Origin: an uncultured Armatimonadetes bacterium
GTDB taxonomy: Bacteria > Armatimonadota > Hebobacteria > Hebobacterales > Hebobacteraceae
Reading direction: 5' to 3'
Length of the DNA stretch: 64,000 nucleotides
Assembly (NCBI GenBank): GCA_963716175.1
Contig: OY970296.1
Span: forward strand, 3,392,001 to 3,456,000
This document shows, in pieces, positions 38,902-47,867 of the stretch. The notes beneath the pieces are model-generated. The model worked only from the letters and a program-made list of their open reading frames with translations. It had not been told where the DNA came from and searched no databases. The translations under genes were made by a program, and so were the position numbers. The number at the start of each line of letters is the position of its first letter. Within the stretch, counting starts at the first letter, position 1.

Positions 38902-41280
38902 ATGCCTCAGCCGTCACCCACAACTCGGGCTGCCTGGTGGCCTGCGCTGACGATCTTCGGGGCGGCCTGTGCGTTCTGCTGGCCGGTGTTCCTGGGGCGC
39001 GTGATGCTGCCCGCGGACATGTGCCTGTGGATGATCCCGTGGAGCGCGCTGAGGGACCAGTTCCCGCCGCTGGACCGAATCTACAACCCGATGTTCGATC
39101 CCATCCAGCAGTACCTCCCGTGGCGCATCTACGCGGTAGACTCGCTGCGGGCCTGGTTCGTCCCGCTGTGGAATCCCTATGCCTTCTGCGGCACGCCCTT
39201 CCTCGCCAATCTCCAGTCCACACTGCTCTATCCCCCCAACCTGCTGTTCTTGCTCACTGGCGCGCGGCACGGGTTCGGCATCTCCGCTATCCTGCACCTC
39301 ACCCTGGGAGGCCTGTTCACCTACGGCTTTCTTCGCACGCTCGACCTGCGCCGGCCCGCGGCCGTCTTCGGGGCGCTGGTGGTGATGTGCAACGGGTACA
39401 CGGTCACCTGGCTCGAGTACCCTACCCTCTCACTGTGGGTGTTCATGTGGCTGCCCGCGATGCTGCTCTGCTACGAGCGGTCGCTCAGGCACCCTGGGTG
39501 GCGGTGGCCCGCGCTGACGGCCCTGGCCGTCGGACTGCAGTTCCTTGGGGGCCACTTGCAGGTATCCGGTTACGTGATGATTGCGTTCCTGATCTATGCT
39601 CTGGTCCGCGTTGCCAGCCCTGGCTCCGGCCAACTCGGCCGCAGCCGCGCGGTGGCCGCTTTCATAGTGCCCGTCGTCCTGGGGCTGGCGTTGGCCGCAG
39701 GGCAGATCCTGCCGACAGTGGAGCTGGCCGGCCATTCCGGCCGCGTCTCACATGGCGCTGCCCTGAGCACGGCCTTCCCGCTCACCCATCTCGTCCTCTA
39801 TCTCATCCCCAACTTCTTCGGCAATCCGGTGGACTACAATTACTGGGGCAACTACCGCGACCAGACCGGGTTCAACTACTTCGAGACGGCATGCTATGTC
39901 GGGATTCTGCCTCTGCTGCTCGCGGCCTGGTCGCTGCGGCGTTGGCGGGAGCGAAGCTTCTGGTTCTTCGCCGTACTCACTGGCTTCGCGGTGCTCGCCG
40001 CTGTCGGGTCGCCGGTTTACCTGCTGCTGTACTATCTAGGGCCGGGATTCCGGGAGCTGGCGGGCCTGGGGCGAGTGCTCTCGCTAGCGGGCTTCGGTCT
40101 GGCCGGCCTGGCCGGTGTGGGCCTGGATGATCTGCTGAGCGGTGCGGAACGCCGGCGGGTGCGAGGCCCGTTGCTGCTCGGTGCGGGACTGTTGGTGGCC
40201 GCGGCAGCAGCGATTGCGCTCTTCCAGCCCGTGATGGCGGCGCTCGACCCGGCCTGGGAGTTCCCTCGCTATCTGGCGCGCCAGATGGCTGCTCTGCTGT
40301 GTCTCACCGCGGCGGCGGTGACATTGATCTTGCTCCGCGCCCGACTCCGCATCGGCAGCGGGGCCTTCGCCGCGCTTTCCGTCGCTCTGGTGGGGGTTGA
40401 CCTCTTCTTCTTCGGCATCCGCTTCAACCCGTTCACCGATGCGAGGATGGCCTATCCGCAGACGGATTCCACGCGCTGGCTGCAGGAACACGCGGATCAC
40501 GAGCGATTCACCTCGCTCGCCTCCCATGGTCTGGACTGGATGCCCCACAATGCTCCGATGATCTTCGGCCTGCGAGATGTCCACGGTTCGGACTCGCTCC
40601 GGGTCCGCCGCTCCTTCGATCTGGTCTCCCCGCCGGGAACGGATCAGGCAAGCTATCCGGATCCGAGTTCGCCCCTGCTGGAGGCGCTCGGGGTGCGCTA
40701 CCTGATGACCAAGCGCCAGGTCCCGGAGCCGTGGAAGCTGGGGCACGATGGCGAGGCCCCGATCTACGAGAACCGGGGAGCCATGCCGCGCGCCTATCTG
40801 GTGCACGAGGTGGCTCCCGCGGAGGACGTGCAGGCGCTGGCGGCGCTCCGCGTGGACTGGCGCTGGCTGCAGGAGCGGGCGCTGGCGGAGCCCGGCGACG
40901 CGGCCAGGATGAAGGGCGCGATCGCCCCGGCGGCCAGCGGCGGGAAGGAGCGGGTTGACTTCCTCACGGACGGGGCGGACGCGATCACCCTGAAGGCCGC
41001 GGCCAGCAGCTCGGCGCTGCTGGTGCTAACTGACTCCTACTATCCGGGCTGGCGCGCCCGGGTGGATGGCAAGCCGGCCGCGATCCTGCGCGTGAACTAC
41101 GCGTTTCGGGGGGTTCCGGTGCCAGCGGGCGAGCACACAGTGGAGCTGCGTTACGAGCCTGCGAGCTTCAGGGTTGGGCTCTTCCTCTCGCTGCTGGCGC
41201 TGTGCTCGCTGGGCGCGGGCCTCGGGGCGCGCTGTTCGCGCAAGCGGCCCAGGGCGGCGGCCCCTGCGGCCCGGTCATAG
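38902..41280 (+). CDS. YfhO-family GT-C membrane glycosyltransferase (paralogue)
   Basis: PLWNPYAFCGTPFLANLQS.LLYP, DSYYPGWRARVDG, LRYEPASFRVG. Confidence 0.88.
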   Translation: MPQPSPTTRAAWWPALTIFGAACAFCWPVFLGRVMLPADMCLWMIPWSALRDQFPPLDRIYNPMFDPIQQYLPWRIYAVDSLRAWFVPLWNPYAFCGTPFLANLQSTLLYPPNLLFLLTGARHGFGISAILHLTLGGLFTYGFLRTLDLRRPAAVFGALVVMCNGYTVTWLEYPTLSLWVFMWLPAMLLCYERSLRHPGWRWPALTALAVGLQFLGGHLQVSGYVMIAFLIYALVRVASPGSGQLGRSRAVAAFIVPVVLGLALAAGQILPTVELAGHSGRVSHGAALSTAFPLTHLVLYLIPNFFGNPVDYNYWGNYRDQTGFNYFETACYVGILPLLLAAWSLRRWRERSFWFFAVLTGFAVLAAVGSPVYLLLYYLGPGFRELAGLGRVLSLAGFGLAGLAGVGLDDLLSGAERRRVRGPLLLGAGLLVAAAAAIALFQPVMAALDPAWEFPRYLARQMAALLCLTAAAVTLILLRARLRIGSGAFAALSVALVGVDLFFFGIRFNPFTDARMAYPQTDSTRWLQEHADHERFTSLASHGLDWMPHNAPMIFGLRDVHGSDSLRVRRSFDLVSPPGTDQASYPDPSSPLLEALGVRYLMTKRQVPEPWKLGHDGEAPIYENRGAMPRAYLVHEVAPAEDVQALAALRVDWRWLQERALAEPGDAARMKGAIAPAASGGKERVDFLTDGADAITLKAAASSSALLVLTDSYYPGWRARVDGKPAAILRVNYAFRGVPVPAGEHTVELRYEPASFRVGLFLSLLALCSLGAGLGARCSRKRPRAAAPAARS

Positions 41281-42827
41281 GCCACCAGCAGAGGCGTCCC
41301 GTCCAGCGTGACCGCGTAGGCGGGCCGGGCGTGACGGTAGAGCTGCCAGCACAGATCGGTGAAATCGCTCTGCATGCACTGGAAGATGACGTAGTCCACC
41401 GACCCGGCCTGTGACTCATCGGCAGTGAACTGCGCGTCTGGCCGCACCTGCTGAAGAGTGAAGAGGTAGATCACGCCCTTGGGGATGACGAGCAGCCGAG
41501 GGCGCGGCTGCTTCAGGGCGTTAACGAACTCGACTCCCTCCGCAAACACCTGACCCCAGTAGATGGTCTCGAACCCGCGCCGGGTGGCGCCCGACGTGCC
41601 CCCGACTAACGCGTTGTAGTAGGCGAGCTGGTAGGGATGGGTGTGCACGACCCCGGTCAGGCTCGGCGCCAGCAGCGCGACTGCGAGCAGAGTCGGCAGC
41701 AGCACCGCAAGGCGAACGTTCTCCGGCCGCAGCAGGGCCGGCAGCCGGAGGAGCTTGGCCCGGAGCCAGGCGTAGCCGCCGCCCGCCAGCGCGGCCAGGA
41801 ACGGGAAGGCCGGCAGGAAGAGGCGGACGCCGTTGTACTTGGGGCTGCTGGGGAGGGCGCTCGGCGCAAGGGTTACGATCAGGCCCCAGAGCAGGAGTAC
41901 GCGCCGGGGGTCAGCACCTCGCCGGGGCCAGCAGGCGACGATGCCGATGAGCGCTGCCAAGAGCAGCAGAGCAGGGGTGGTGACCGCGGTCATCACAAAC
42001 GGGTAATGCCAGGGCGCGTACTGGTAGAGCTTGCCCAGGTACCAGACGTTGTAGGCGGCGTGCTGGAAGTGGAAGTCGAGATATCCCCTGAGATGAGGCA
42101 GCGGTGCGATCCAGAGCCAGGGCCAGCCCAGGAAGAAGATGGCCGGGCCAGTGAGCATGACCGCGAGCAGCTTCGGCCAGTGCCGGCGGTGGCAGATCAG
42201 CCCCCAGGGAACCAGGAGCACGGGCAGGAAGAACGCGTTGACCTTGGCCAGCAGGGCGAGGCCGAAGGCGACCCCCGCCAGCGCGGCATACCACCAGGAG
42301 CCGCGGCGCATCGCCTCCGCGGTGAGCGCGGTGGTGATGAAGAACCAGGCCGTGATAACCATATCCAGCGCGTCGAAGTGAGCGTGCGCGACCACCCGCG
42401 GCATGGTGGCGAGGGCGAGCGCAGAGAAGATGGCCCCACCAAAACCCCAGATGCCGCGAGTGAAGAGAAAGAGCGCGCACACCGCGAGCGCGAACCACAA
42501 GGCGCTGGGCAGCCGCATCGCCATCAGGCCTGGAAGCAGCGCGCCGAACCAGCGGTAGCAGAAGCCCGAGGCGACCTTCTGCAAAGGCGGATGCTCGTGG
42601 TTGAGGTGCCAGGCCGCGGTGATCGCATCGCGCTGGAAGGCATCTCCTGGAGAGCGCCACGCAGAGGCCCACCAGGCCGCGTATCTGGCCCCGGCGGAGG
42701 CGTAGTGCGGCTCATCATAGGTGGCGCCGTAGTCGTTGCTGGTCAGCAGCACCGAGCAGAACGCGAGCAAGAAGAGTGCGGCCAGCACCGCCCACTCGGC
42801 CCGCCTGAGACGGGTCGCCGGGTTCAT
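41151..42827 (-). CDS. ArnT/GT83-like membrane glycosyltransferase
   Basis: ATYDEPHY, NHEHPPLQK, LLAKVNA, VRLFLPAFP, HPYQLAYYN. Confidence 0.85.
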   Translation of the reverse strand: MNPATRLRRAEWAVLAALFLLAFCSVLLTSNDYGATYDEPHYASAGARYAAWWASAWRSPGDAFQRDAITAAWHLNHEHPPLQKVASGFCYRWFGALLPGLMAMRLPSALWFALAVCALFLFTRGIWGFGGAIFSALALATMPRVVAHAHFDALDMVITAWFFITTALTAEAMRRGSWWYAALAGVAFGLALLAKVNAFFLPVLLVPWGLICHRRHWPKLLAVMLTGPAIFFLGWPWLWIAPLPHLRGYLDFHFQHAAYNVWYLGKLYQYAPWHYPFVMTAVTTPALLLLAALIGIVACWPRRGADPRRVLLLWGLIVTLAPSALPSSPKYNGVRLFLPAFPFLAALAGGGYAWLRAKLLRLPALLRPENVRLAVLLPTLLAVALLAPSLTGVVHTHPYQLAYYNALVGGTSGATRRGFETIYWGQVFAEGVEFVNALKQPRPRLLVIPKGVIYLFTLQQVRPDAQFTADESQAGSVDYVIFQCMQSDFTDLCWQLYRHARPAYAVTLDGTPLLVAYDRAAGAAALGRLREQRAPRPAPSEHSASSERKSPTLKLAGS

Positions 42828-43570
42828 CGCAGTCGCCGCAGCTTCCACGGCAGCAGCAAAGCCTCCGTGACAATGGAGCCGGACATCTTGGACTGGCCGG
42901 CGCGCCGCTCGGTGAAGCAGATAGGCACCTCCACCACCCGGCACCCGGCCTTGATGGTGCGGTAGGCCATCTCCACCTGGAAACCATAGCCGCGGGTCTT
43001 GACCGCGGCACGGTCAATCGCCTCCAGGGCACGGCGCCGCCAGCAGCGAAACCCGGCGGTAGCATCGCGCACCGCTATGCCCAAAGCCAGTCGCACGTAG
43101 GCGTTCCCCCACCGGCTGAGCAAGCGCCGACGCAGGTCCCAGCCCTCGGTCCGGCCCCCGGGCACCCACCGTGACCCGATCACCAGGTCGGCCTCCCGGG
43201 CCGCTTCCAGCAGGCGCGGCAGGTCAGCGGGATCGTGGGATAGGTCAGCATCCATTTCTATCACGAATTCCACGTCCGGCCGTTTGAGCGCTTCCTCAAA
43301 CGCGGCCAGGTAAGCCGGGCCTAACCCCTGCTTCTGGGGCCGGTGCAGGACACTCACGCGGCTCTCCTGCCGGGCGAGGTCGTCGGCCAGTTCGCCGGTG
43401 CCATCGGGGGAATTGTCGTCCACGATGAGCAGCCGCCAGCCGCCTGGCAGCGCAAGCACCGCGGCCGCGATCCGCGTCAGCATCTCCCGTTCGTTGTAGG
43501 TCGGGATCACGATCAGCGCGCGAGAGGGATCGGGGGGCGGGCGGCGCTCAGTTGTGGGCGCTCCTGACAA
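42824..43570 (-). CDS. Polyprenol monophosphomannose synthase (Dpm1/Ppm1-like GT2)
   Basis: IPTYNERE, VDDNSPDGTG, EMDADLSHDP, DATAGFR, FTERRAGQSKMS; SD GAGGAGG before TTG. Confidence 0.92.
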   Translation of the reverse strand: MSGAPTTERRPPPDPSRALIVIPTYNEREMLTRIAAAVLALPGGWRLLIVDDNSPDGTGELADDLARQESRVSVLHRPQKQGLGPAYLAAFEEALKRPDVEFVIEMDADLSHDPADLPRLLEAAREADLVIGSRWVPGGRTEGWDLRRRLLSRWGNAYVRLALGIAVRDATAGFRCWRRRALEAIDRAAVKTRGYGFQVEMAYRTIKAGCRVVEVPICFTERRAGQSKMSGSIVTEALLLPWKLRRLR

Positions 43571-43592
43571 ACACATCCTCCTCTGCTACAAT
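43564..43592 (+). promoter_or_regulatory. Promoter CTGACA-17-TACAAT (extended TG) for the GT4 genes
   Basis: Overlaps the start of the divergent Dpm1-like gene; 13 nt upstream of ATG 43606. Confidence 0.5.
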
Positions 43593-43605
43593 ACCCCAAC
43601 TCGCG

Positions 43606-44637
43606 ATGCGGATACTGATGATCACCCCCAGCTTTCATCCCTCCATCGGTGGGGTAGAGACCCACGTGCGCCGCGTCTCCGAATGCCTGAGCGGGCGCGG
43701 CCACCAGCTCACCATCCTCACCCATGCCGATCAGCCGTCAGAGGAGACGCTTGGGCCTCTGGCGATCCATCGCCTGCCGCGCAGCAACTGGTGGGCGGCC
43801 TGGCGGGGCGCTCGACCCCACATTGCGGGAGCCGACATCGTCCACTGCCACGATGCCTACAGCTTCCTGCATTTCTATCTTCCCTCCTGCTATCTGCCGC
43901 CCCGCCGCCCGGCCTTCATCACCTTCCACGGCTATGAGCGCTACCCCATACCCGGTGAGGCCCAGCGGTGGCGGCGGTTCGCCCGCCGGCGAGTGCGGGA
44001 TGCACTGTGCATGGGCGAGTTCATCTGTCGCTGGTACGGCACGCCGTGCTTTGGCGTGTCCTATGGCGGAGTGGACCCAGTGCCTGAGCCGCCTGCCCTG
44101 CCGCCGAAGCCGGCGGCGCTGTTCATCGGGCGGCTGGCGGAGGACACCTCCATCATGTTCTACCTGCACGCGCTCTCGCTGCTGAGAAGGGAGCACGGGC
44201 GCAGCTTTCCTATCACCGTGATTGGCGAGGGCCAGTTGCGCGGCCCGGCCGAGCGCTACGCGCAGGCGCAGGGCCTGGAGGCCAGATTCCTGGGAGAGGT
44301 GGCGGATGCGGCCGAGCATTTCGCTGCCGCGGATCTGGCTTTCGTGTCGGGCTATCTGGCGATCTGGCAGGCGCTTGCCGCCAGGCGGCTGGTGTTCTCG
44401 GTATACGAGAACGAGCTGAAGCGGGACTACCTGCGGTGCTTCCCGGAGGCGGAAGAGGTGATGCTGATGGCTGGCGAGCCGGAGGAATTGGCGCACCAGC
44501 TCCTGGACTACTTGGGTGATACCGCAGGGAGCGAAGCCAGGCGGGAGCGCGGCGCGCAACTGGCGTCGGCGCATTCATGGGAAGGTGTGGCCGACCTCTA
44601 TCTCTCGCTCTATCGGACCTATGGCCTCGGCTCATGA
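43606..44637 (+). CDS. GT4-family glycosyltransferase
   Basis: MRILMITPSFHPSIGGVETHV, TFHG, LFIGRL, HSWEGVA. Confidence 0.85.
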   Translation: MRILMITPSFHPSIGGVETHVRRVSECLSGRGHQLTILTHADQPSEETLGPLAIHRLPRSNWWAAWRGARPHIAGADIVHCHDAYSFLHFYLPSCYLPPRRPAFITFHGYERYPIPGEAQRWRRFARRRVRDALCMGEFICRWYGTPCFGVSYGGVDPVPEPPALPPKPAALFIGRLAEDTSIMFYLHALSLLRREHGRSFPITVIGEGQLRGPAERYAQAQGLEARFLGEVADAAEHFAAADLAFVSGYLAIWQALAARRLVFSVYENELKRDYLRCFPEAEEVMLMAGEPEELAHQLLDYLGDTAGSEARRERGAQLASAHSWEGVADLYLSLYRTYGLGS

Positions 44638-46760
44638 CTAAGCGCGTCTCTGTCATCACCACCGTCTACAACGAAGAGAACAACATCGCCGCGCTGCTTG
44701 ACGCCCTCCTCGCTCAGACGCGCCAGCCAGATGAGATCGTGATCTGCGACGCGGGCTCGACCGATCGCACCACTGAGATCATCTCTCGCTATGTCGCCCG
44801 CGGACTCCCCGTCCGGCTGGCGGTTGCGCCTGGCGCCAACCGCGCGCGAGGCCGCAATCTCGCCATCAGGCAGGCTGCCGGCGAAGTGATAGCCTCCACC
44901 GACGGCGGCTGCATTCCCGACGCGGAGTGGCTGGCGAGGCTGGTCGCTCCGTTCGAGTCGGAGGAGCCGCCGGAGGTGGTGAGCGGTTACTATCGGCCGG
45001 CCGCGTCGTCGCTGGCGGAAGAAGCCGTGGCCGCGGCCACGGTCCCGGAGGTGGCGGAAGTGGACCCGGGGACGTTCCTTCCCTCCGGCCGGTCGGTGGC
45101 CTTCGCCCGGGAGGCCTGGGAGAGGCTAGGCGGCTATCCCGAGACCATTCCCTTCGCAGAGGATACTGCGTTCGATCTGCGGCTGCGAGCCGCGGGGTGC
45201 CGCTTTCAGTTCGCGCCGGACGCGATTGTGCGCTGGCGCATGCAGGGCTCGGCGCGGGCGGTGTTCCGCCAGTTCTTCCGCTATGCCGAGAGTGATGGCG
45301 AGCTGGGGCATTGGTTCGGGCACTACGCCAAGGCCCGCGCCGGCGCCGCGGCGGTCGCGCTCGCCGCCGCGCTCACCATCTGGGACTGGCGCGGGGCCCT
45401 GCTCTTCCCGTCGCTGGCCTTGCTCTACTGGGGGAGATATGCGGTGCGGGCCTGGGGCCGCGGCGCGCGCTGGCGGCCGGGCTTACTCGCGCCCGCGATC
45501 TCGCTGGTGGTGGACGCGGCCAACCTGACAGGCTATATGCGAGGCCGGCTGCGGCGGCGTCCCCGGCCCAGCGCGCTGCCGATGGACCGGCCGCTGTCAC
45601 TGGCCCAGGTCACCTATACGTACCAGCCGATCGCTGGAGGCGCGGATGTCTATGTCTCGCAGCTCGCCGAGCTGATCGCCTCCGCAGGGCACCACCACCT
45701 GGTCTATCAGCGCCGGACCGAAGGTGCGCCGGGTGATGTGCGCTTTGTCCCCAACCCCTGGCGGGGCCGGGCGCTCGAGTTCTGGACGCAGGCCTTCGGG
45801 CTGCTCGCCCTGCGCCGCGAGCTGCTGGGGCATGACCTGGTGATCTGCCATTACCCACACTACCTGCTCGCGCTCTACCTCATGAGCTGGGGGCGAGACT
45901 GGCCGACGCGGGTGGGCCTCTCGCATGGCGTGTTCTGGGATGACGCGCCGGGCTCATTCCGAAGCTTGCTGAAAGTCCTGCTGACGCGGCTGGCCTTTCG
46001 CCGGGCCCATCTCTATATCGCCAATGACAGCGAGTTTCTGCGCGCCATGGGCTTGCAGATCGCTCCCGGGCAAGGCATGCACTCGCAGGTGGCTCCGGGC
46101 GCATGGTTCATCCCAAATGGCGTAGATACCGAAAAGTTCCGGCCCTCTCCGCCGATCCCGGAGATCGCGGCCCTCAACCCGATCCTGGTGCCGCGCAATC
46201 TCTTCCGCAACCGGGGCATTCATCTCGCCATCGAGGCCTTCGAGCTGTTCATGAAAGACTTCCCGGAGACCAAGCTGCTGATCGTCGGTGGCGGTGGTCA
46301 GCCAGACTACGTGGCCGACATGCGCAAGCGCATCGAGCGGCGCGGCCTGACGGAGAGCGTTTTCTTTCACGGGCCGGTGTCGCATGACGAGCTTCCCGGC
46401 ATCTACTCCAGCTCCCATATGACTCTGATCCCGTCGCTCTGCGGGGAGGGCACATCGCTCGCCGCGTTGGAGAGCATGGCCTGCGGCATCGCCACCATCT
46501 GCACCGAGGTGGCGGGCCTCAAGGATCTGCCCGGCCCGCACTCGCGCCCCACGCCGGTGGGCCTGGCGGAGGTGATGCGGCAGGTCTATCCGGATCGGGC
46601 GCGGATAGGGGAGGAGCAGAGAGAAAAGGTCTTGTCGGGGTATACGATCGAGAAATGGCGGAAGGCCTGGGAGACCGCACTGAGCACCGTGGGCTACACG
46701 GCCCGTGTCAGCGGCGAAGCGCCGCCCCCGCCGCCCCTGGCGGCAACCTGGCCGCCCTAG
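44634..46760 (+). CDS. Fused GT2-GT4 glycosyltransferase
   Basis: N-terminal VITTVYNEE, DAGSTD, TDGG, AEDT; central TMs; C-terminal IPNGVDTEKF, EGTSLAALESMACG. Confidence 0.88.
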   Translation: MTKRVSVITTVYNEENNIAALLDALLAQTRQPDEIVICDAGSTDRTTEIISRYVARGLPVRLAVAPGANRARGRNLAIRQAAGEVIASTDGGCIPDAEWLARLVAPFESEEPPEVVSGYYRPAASSLAEEAVAAATVPEVAEVDPGTFLPSGRSVAFAREAWERLGGYPETIPFAEDTAFDLRLRAAGCRFQFAPDAIVRWRMQGSARAVFRQFFRYAESDGELGHWFGHYAKARAGAAAVALAAALTIWDWRGALLFPSLALLYWGRYAVRAWGRGARWRPGLLAPAISLVVDAANLTGYMRGRLRRRPRPSALPMDRPLSLAQVTYTYQPIAGGADVYVSQLAELIASAGHHHLVYQRRTEGAPGDVRFVPNPWRGRALEFWTQAFGLLALRRELLGHDLVICHYPHYLLALYLMSWGRDWPTRVGLSHGVFWDDAPGSFRSLLKVLLTRLAFRRAHLYIANDSEFLRAMGLQIAPGQGMHSQVAPGAWFIPNGVDTEKFRPSPPIPEIAALNPILVPRNLFRNRGIHLAIEAFELFMKDFPETKLLIVGGGGQPDYVADMRKRIERRGLTESVFFHGPVSHDELPGIYSSSHMTLIPSLCGEGTSLAALESMACGIATICTEVAGLKDLPGPHSRPTPVGLAEVMRQVYPDRARIGEEQREKVLSGYTIEKWRKAWETALSTVGYTARVSGEAPPPPPLAATWPP

Positions 46761-46774
46761 GGTTCCTCGAACCT

Positions 46775-46841
46775 GTTGGGCAGGGGCTTGCCCCTGCCCA
46801 ACGACAGACTCGGCCCCCGTTCCATCTGCGGAATCCGCGGA
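46775..46841. repeat. Perfect palindrome GTTGGGCAGGGG-CTTG-CCCCTGCCCAAC plus a CATCTGCGGAATCCGCGG arm, between convergent genes
   Basis: 12-bp stem; relatives at 47728 and 32911; may double as a terminator. Confidence 0.75.
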
Positions 46842-47693
46842 CTACATCTTCAATATCTTGTCCAGGGCCAGCGCGGTATTCGCCAACCGCGTCTCCGGGG
46901 CGTGGGTGTAGTATGGGATCATCTCCGCGATCAGGAAGTCGTTGTAGCCGACTTCCCGCAGGGCCTTCATCACCTCGGGCCAGTTGACATCGCCCTCCAA
47001 CAGATCCACGAAGCCGTTGATGGTGCCCACGCTCTTGCGAAAATCCTTGACATGCACCTTCTTGATGCGCTTGCCCAGGATGCGGATCCACTGCTCGGGG
47101 AAGCCGGTGAGCAGGATGTTGCCGACATCGAAGAACCAGCCCACATACTCGCTGCCGATGCGATCTACAAAATCGCGCGCCTCCAACGGGCTGAGAAAGA
47201 GCTTGTTCCACACGTTCTCGATGCCGATGGCAACCTTGTTCTTCTCCGCTACCTTGGCCAGCTCTTTGATCGCCTCCTCGACCCGCTTGATGGCAACCTC
47301 GTAGGGCACGATCTCGGCCGCCGGGTCGAAGAAGATCTCCACCGCGCCTGGCACCACCAGAATCCCCGTGGCGCCCAGACCTTTCGCCACCTCCAGGCAG
47401 CGCGTAACCGCGTGTTTCCCCTGCTCCCGCTTGGCAGCGTCGGCGGAGGTCAATGGCGTCGCCCACAGCAGGCCGGTGGTCACGGACGCAGCCTGCAAGC
47501 CCGCGCCCTCCAGGGTCTTGCGCACCTTCGCCACCTCCGCGTCGCTCATCCTGATGTTGAGCGGGCCCTCCGGGAAGAGACAGACCTCTATCCCCTCATA
47601 GCCGAGCCGCTTCGCCTCGGCCACTGCTTTGCCCAGGTCCATCTTGCCATCCAGCCCCCCCGGGAACGACCAGTAGTTGATGCCCTTTCTCAC
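46842..47693 (-). CDS. Sugar phosphate isomerase/epimerase (xylose isomerase-like TIM barrel)
   Basis: GYEGIEV, IENVWNKLFLSPLE, FDVGN, VHVKDF, EGDVNW; SD GAGGAGG. Confidence 0.9.
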   Translation of the reverse strand: MRKGINYWSFPGGLDGKMDLGKAVAEAKRLGYEGIEVCLFPEGPLNIRMSDAEVAKVRKTLEGAGLQAASVTTGLLWATPLTSADAAKREQGKHAVTRCLEVAKGLGATGILVVPGAVEIFFDPAAEIVPYEVAIKRVEEAIKELAKVAEKNKVAIGIENVWNKLFLSPLEARDFVDRIGSEYVGWFFDVGNILLTGFPEQWIRILGKRIKKVHVKDFRKSVGTINGFVDLLEGDVNWPEVMKALREVGYNDFLIAEMIPYYTHAPETRLANTALALDKILKM

Positions 47694-47727
47694 GTGTTTG
47701 CCTCCTCGCCGTAGTGCTGCACAGGGT

Positions 47728-47809
47728 TCGTTGGGCAGGGCCTTGCCTCCTGCCCGTCGGAGGGCGGGCAAACCCCTGCCCTCCGGGGCAGGTCGCGGAC
47801 CTGCCCTAC
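47728..47809. repeat. Cluster of three REP-like hairpins between divergent genes
   Basis: TCGTTGGGCAGGGCCTTGCCTCCTGCCC, GGAGGGCGGG..CCCTGCCCTCC and GGGGCAGGTCGCGGACCTGCCCTAC. Confidence 0.8.
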
Positions 47810-47867
47810 CCGTTGACCGGGGGTAGGCGGCGCAGGTCTTGCCTCACGTCTGGTGAAGGAACCAGAC

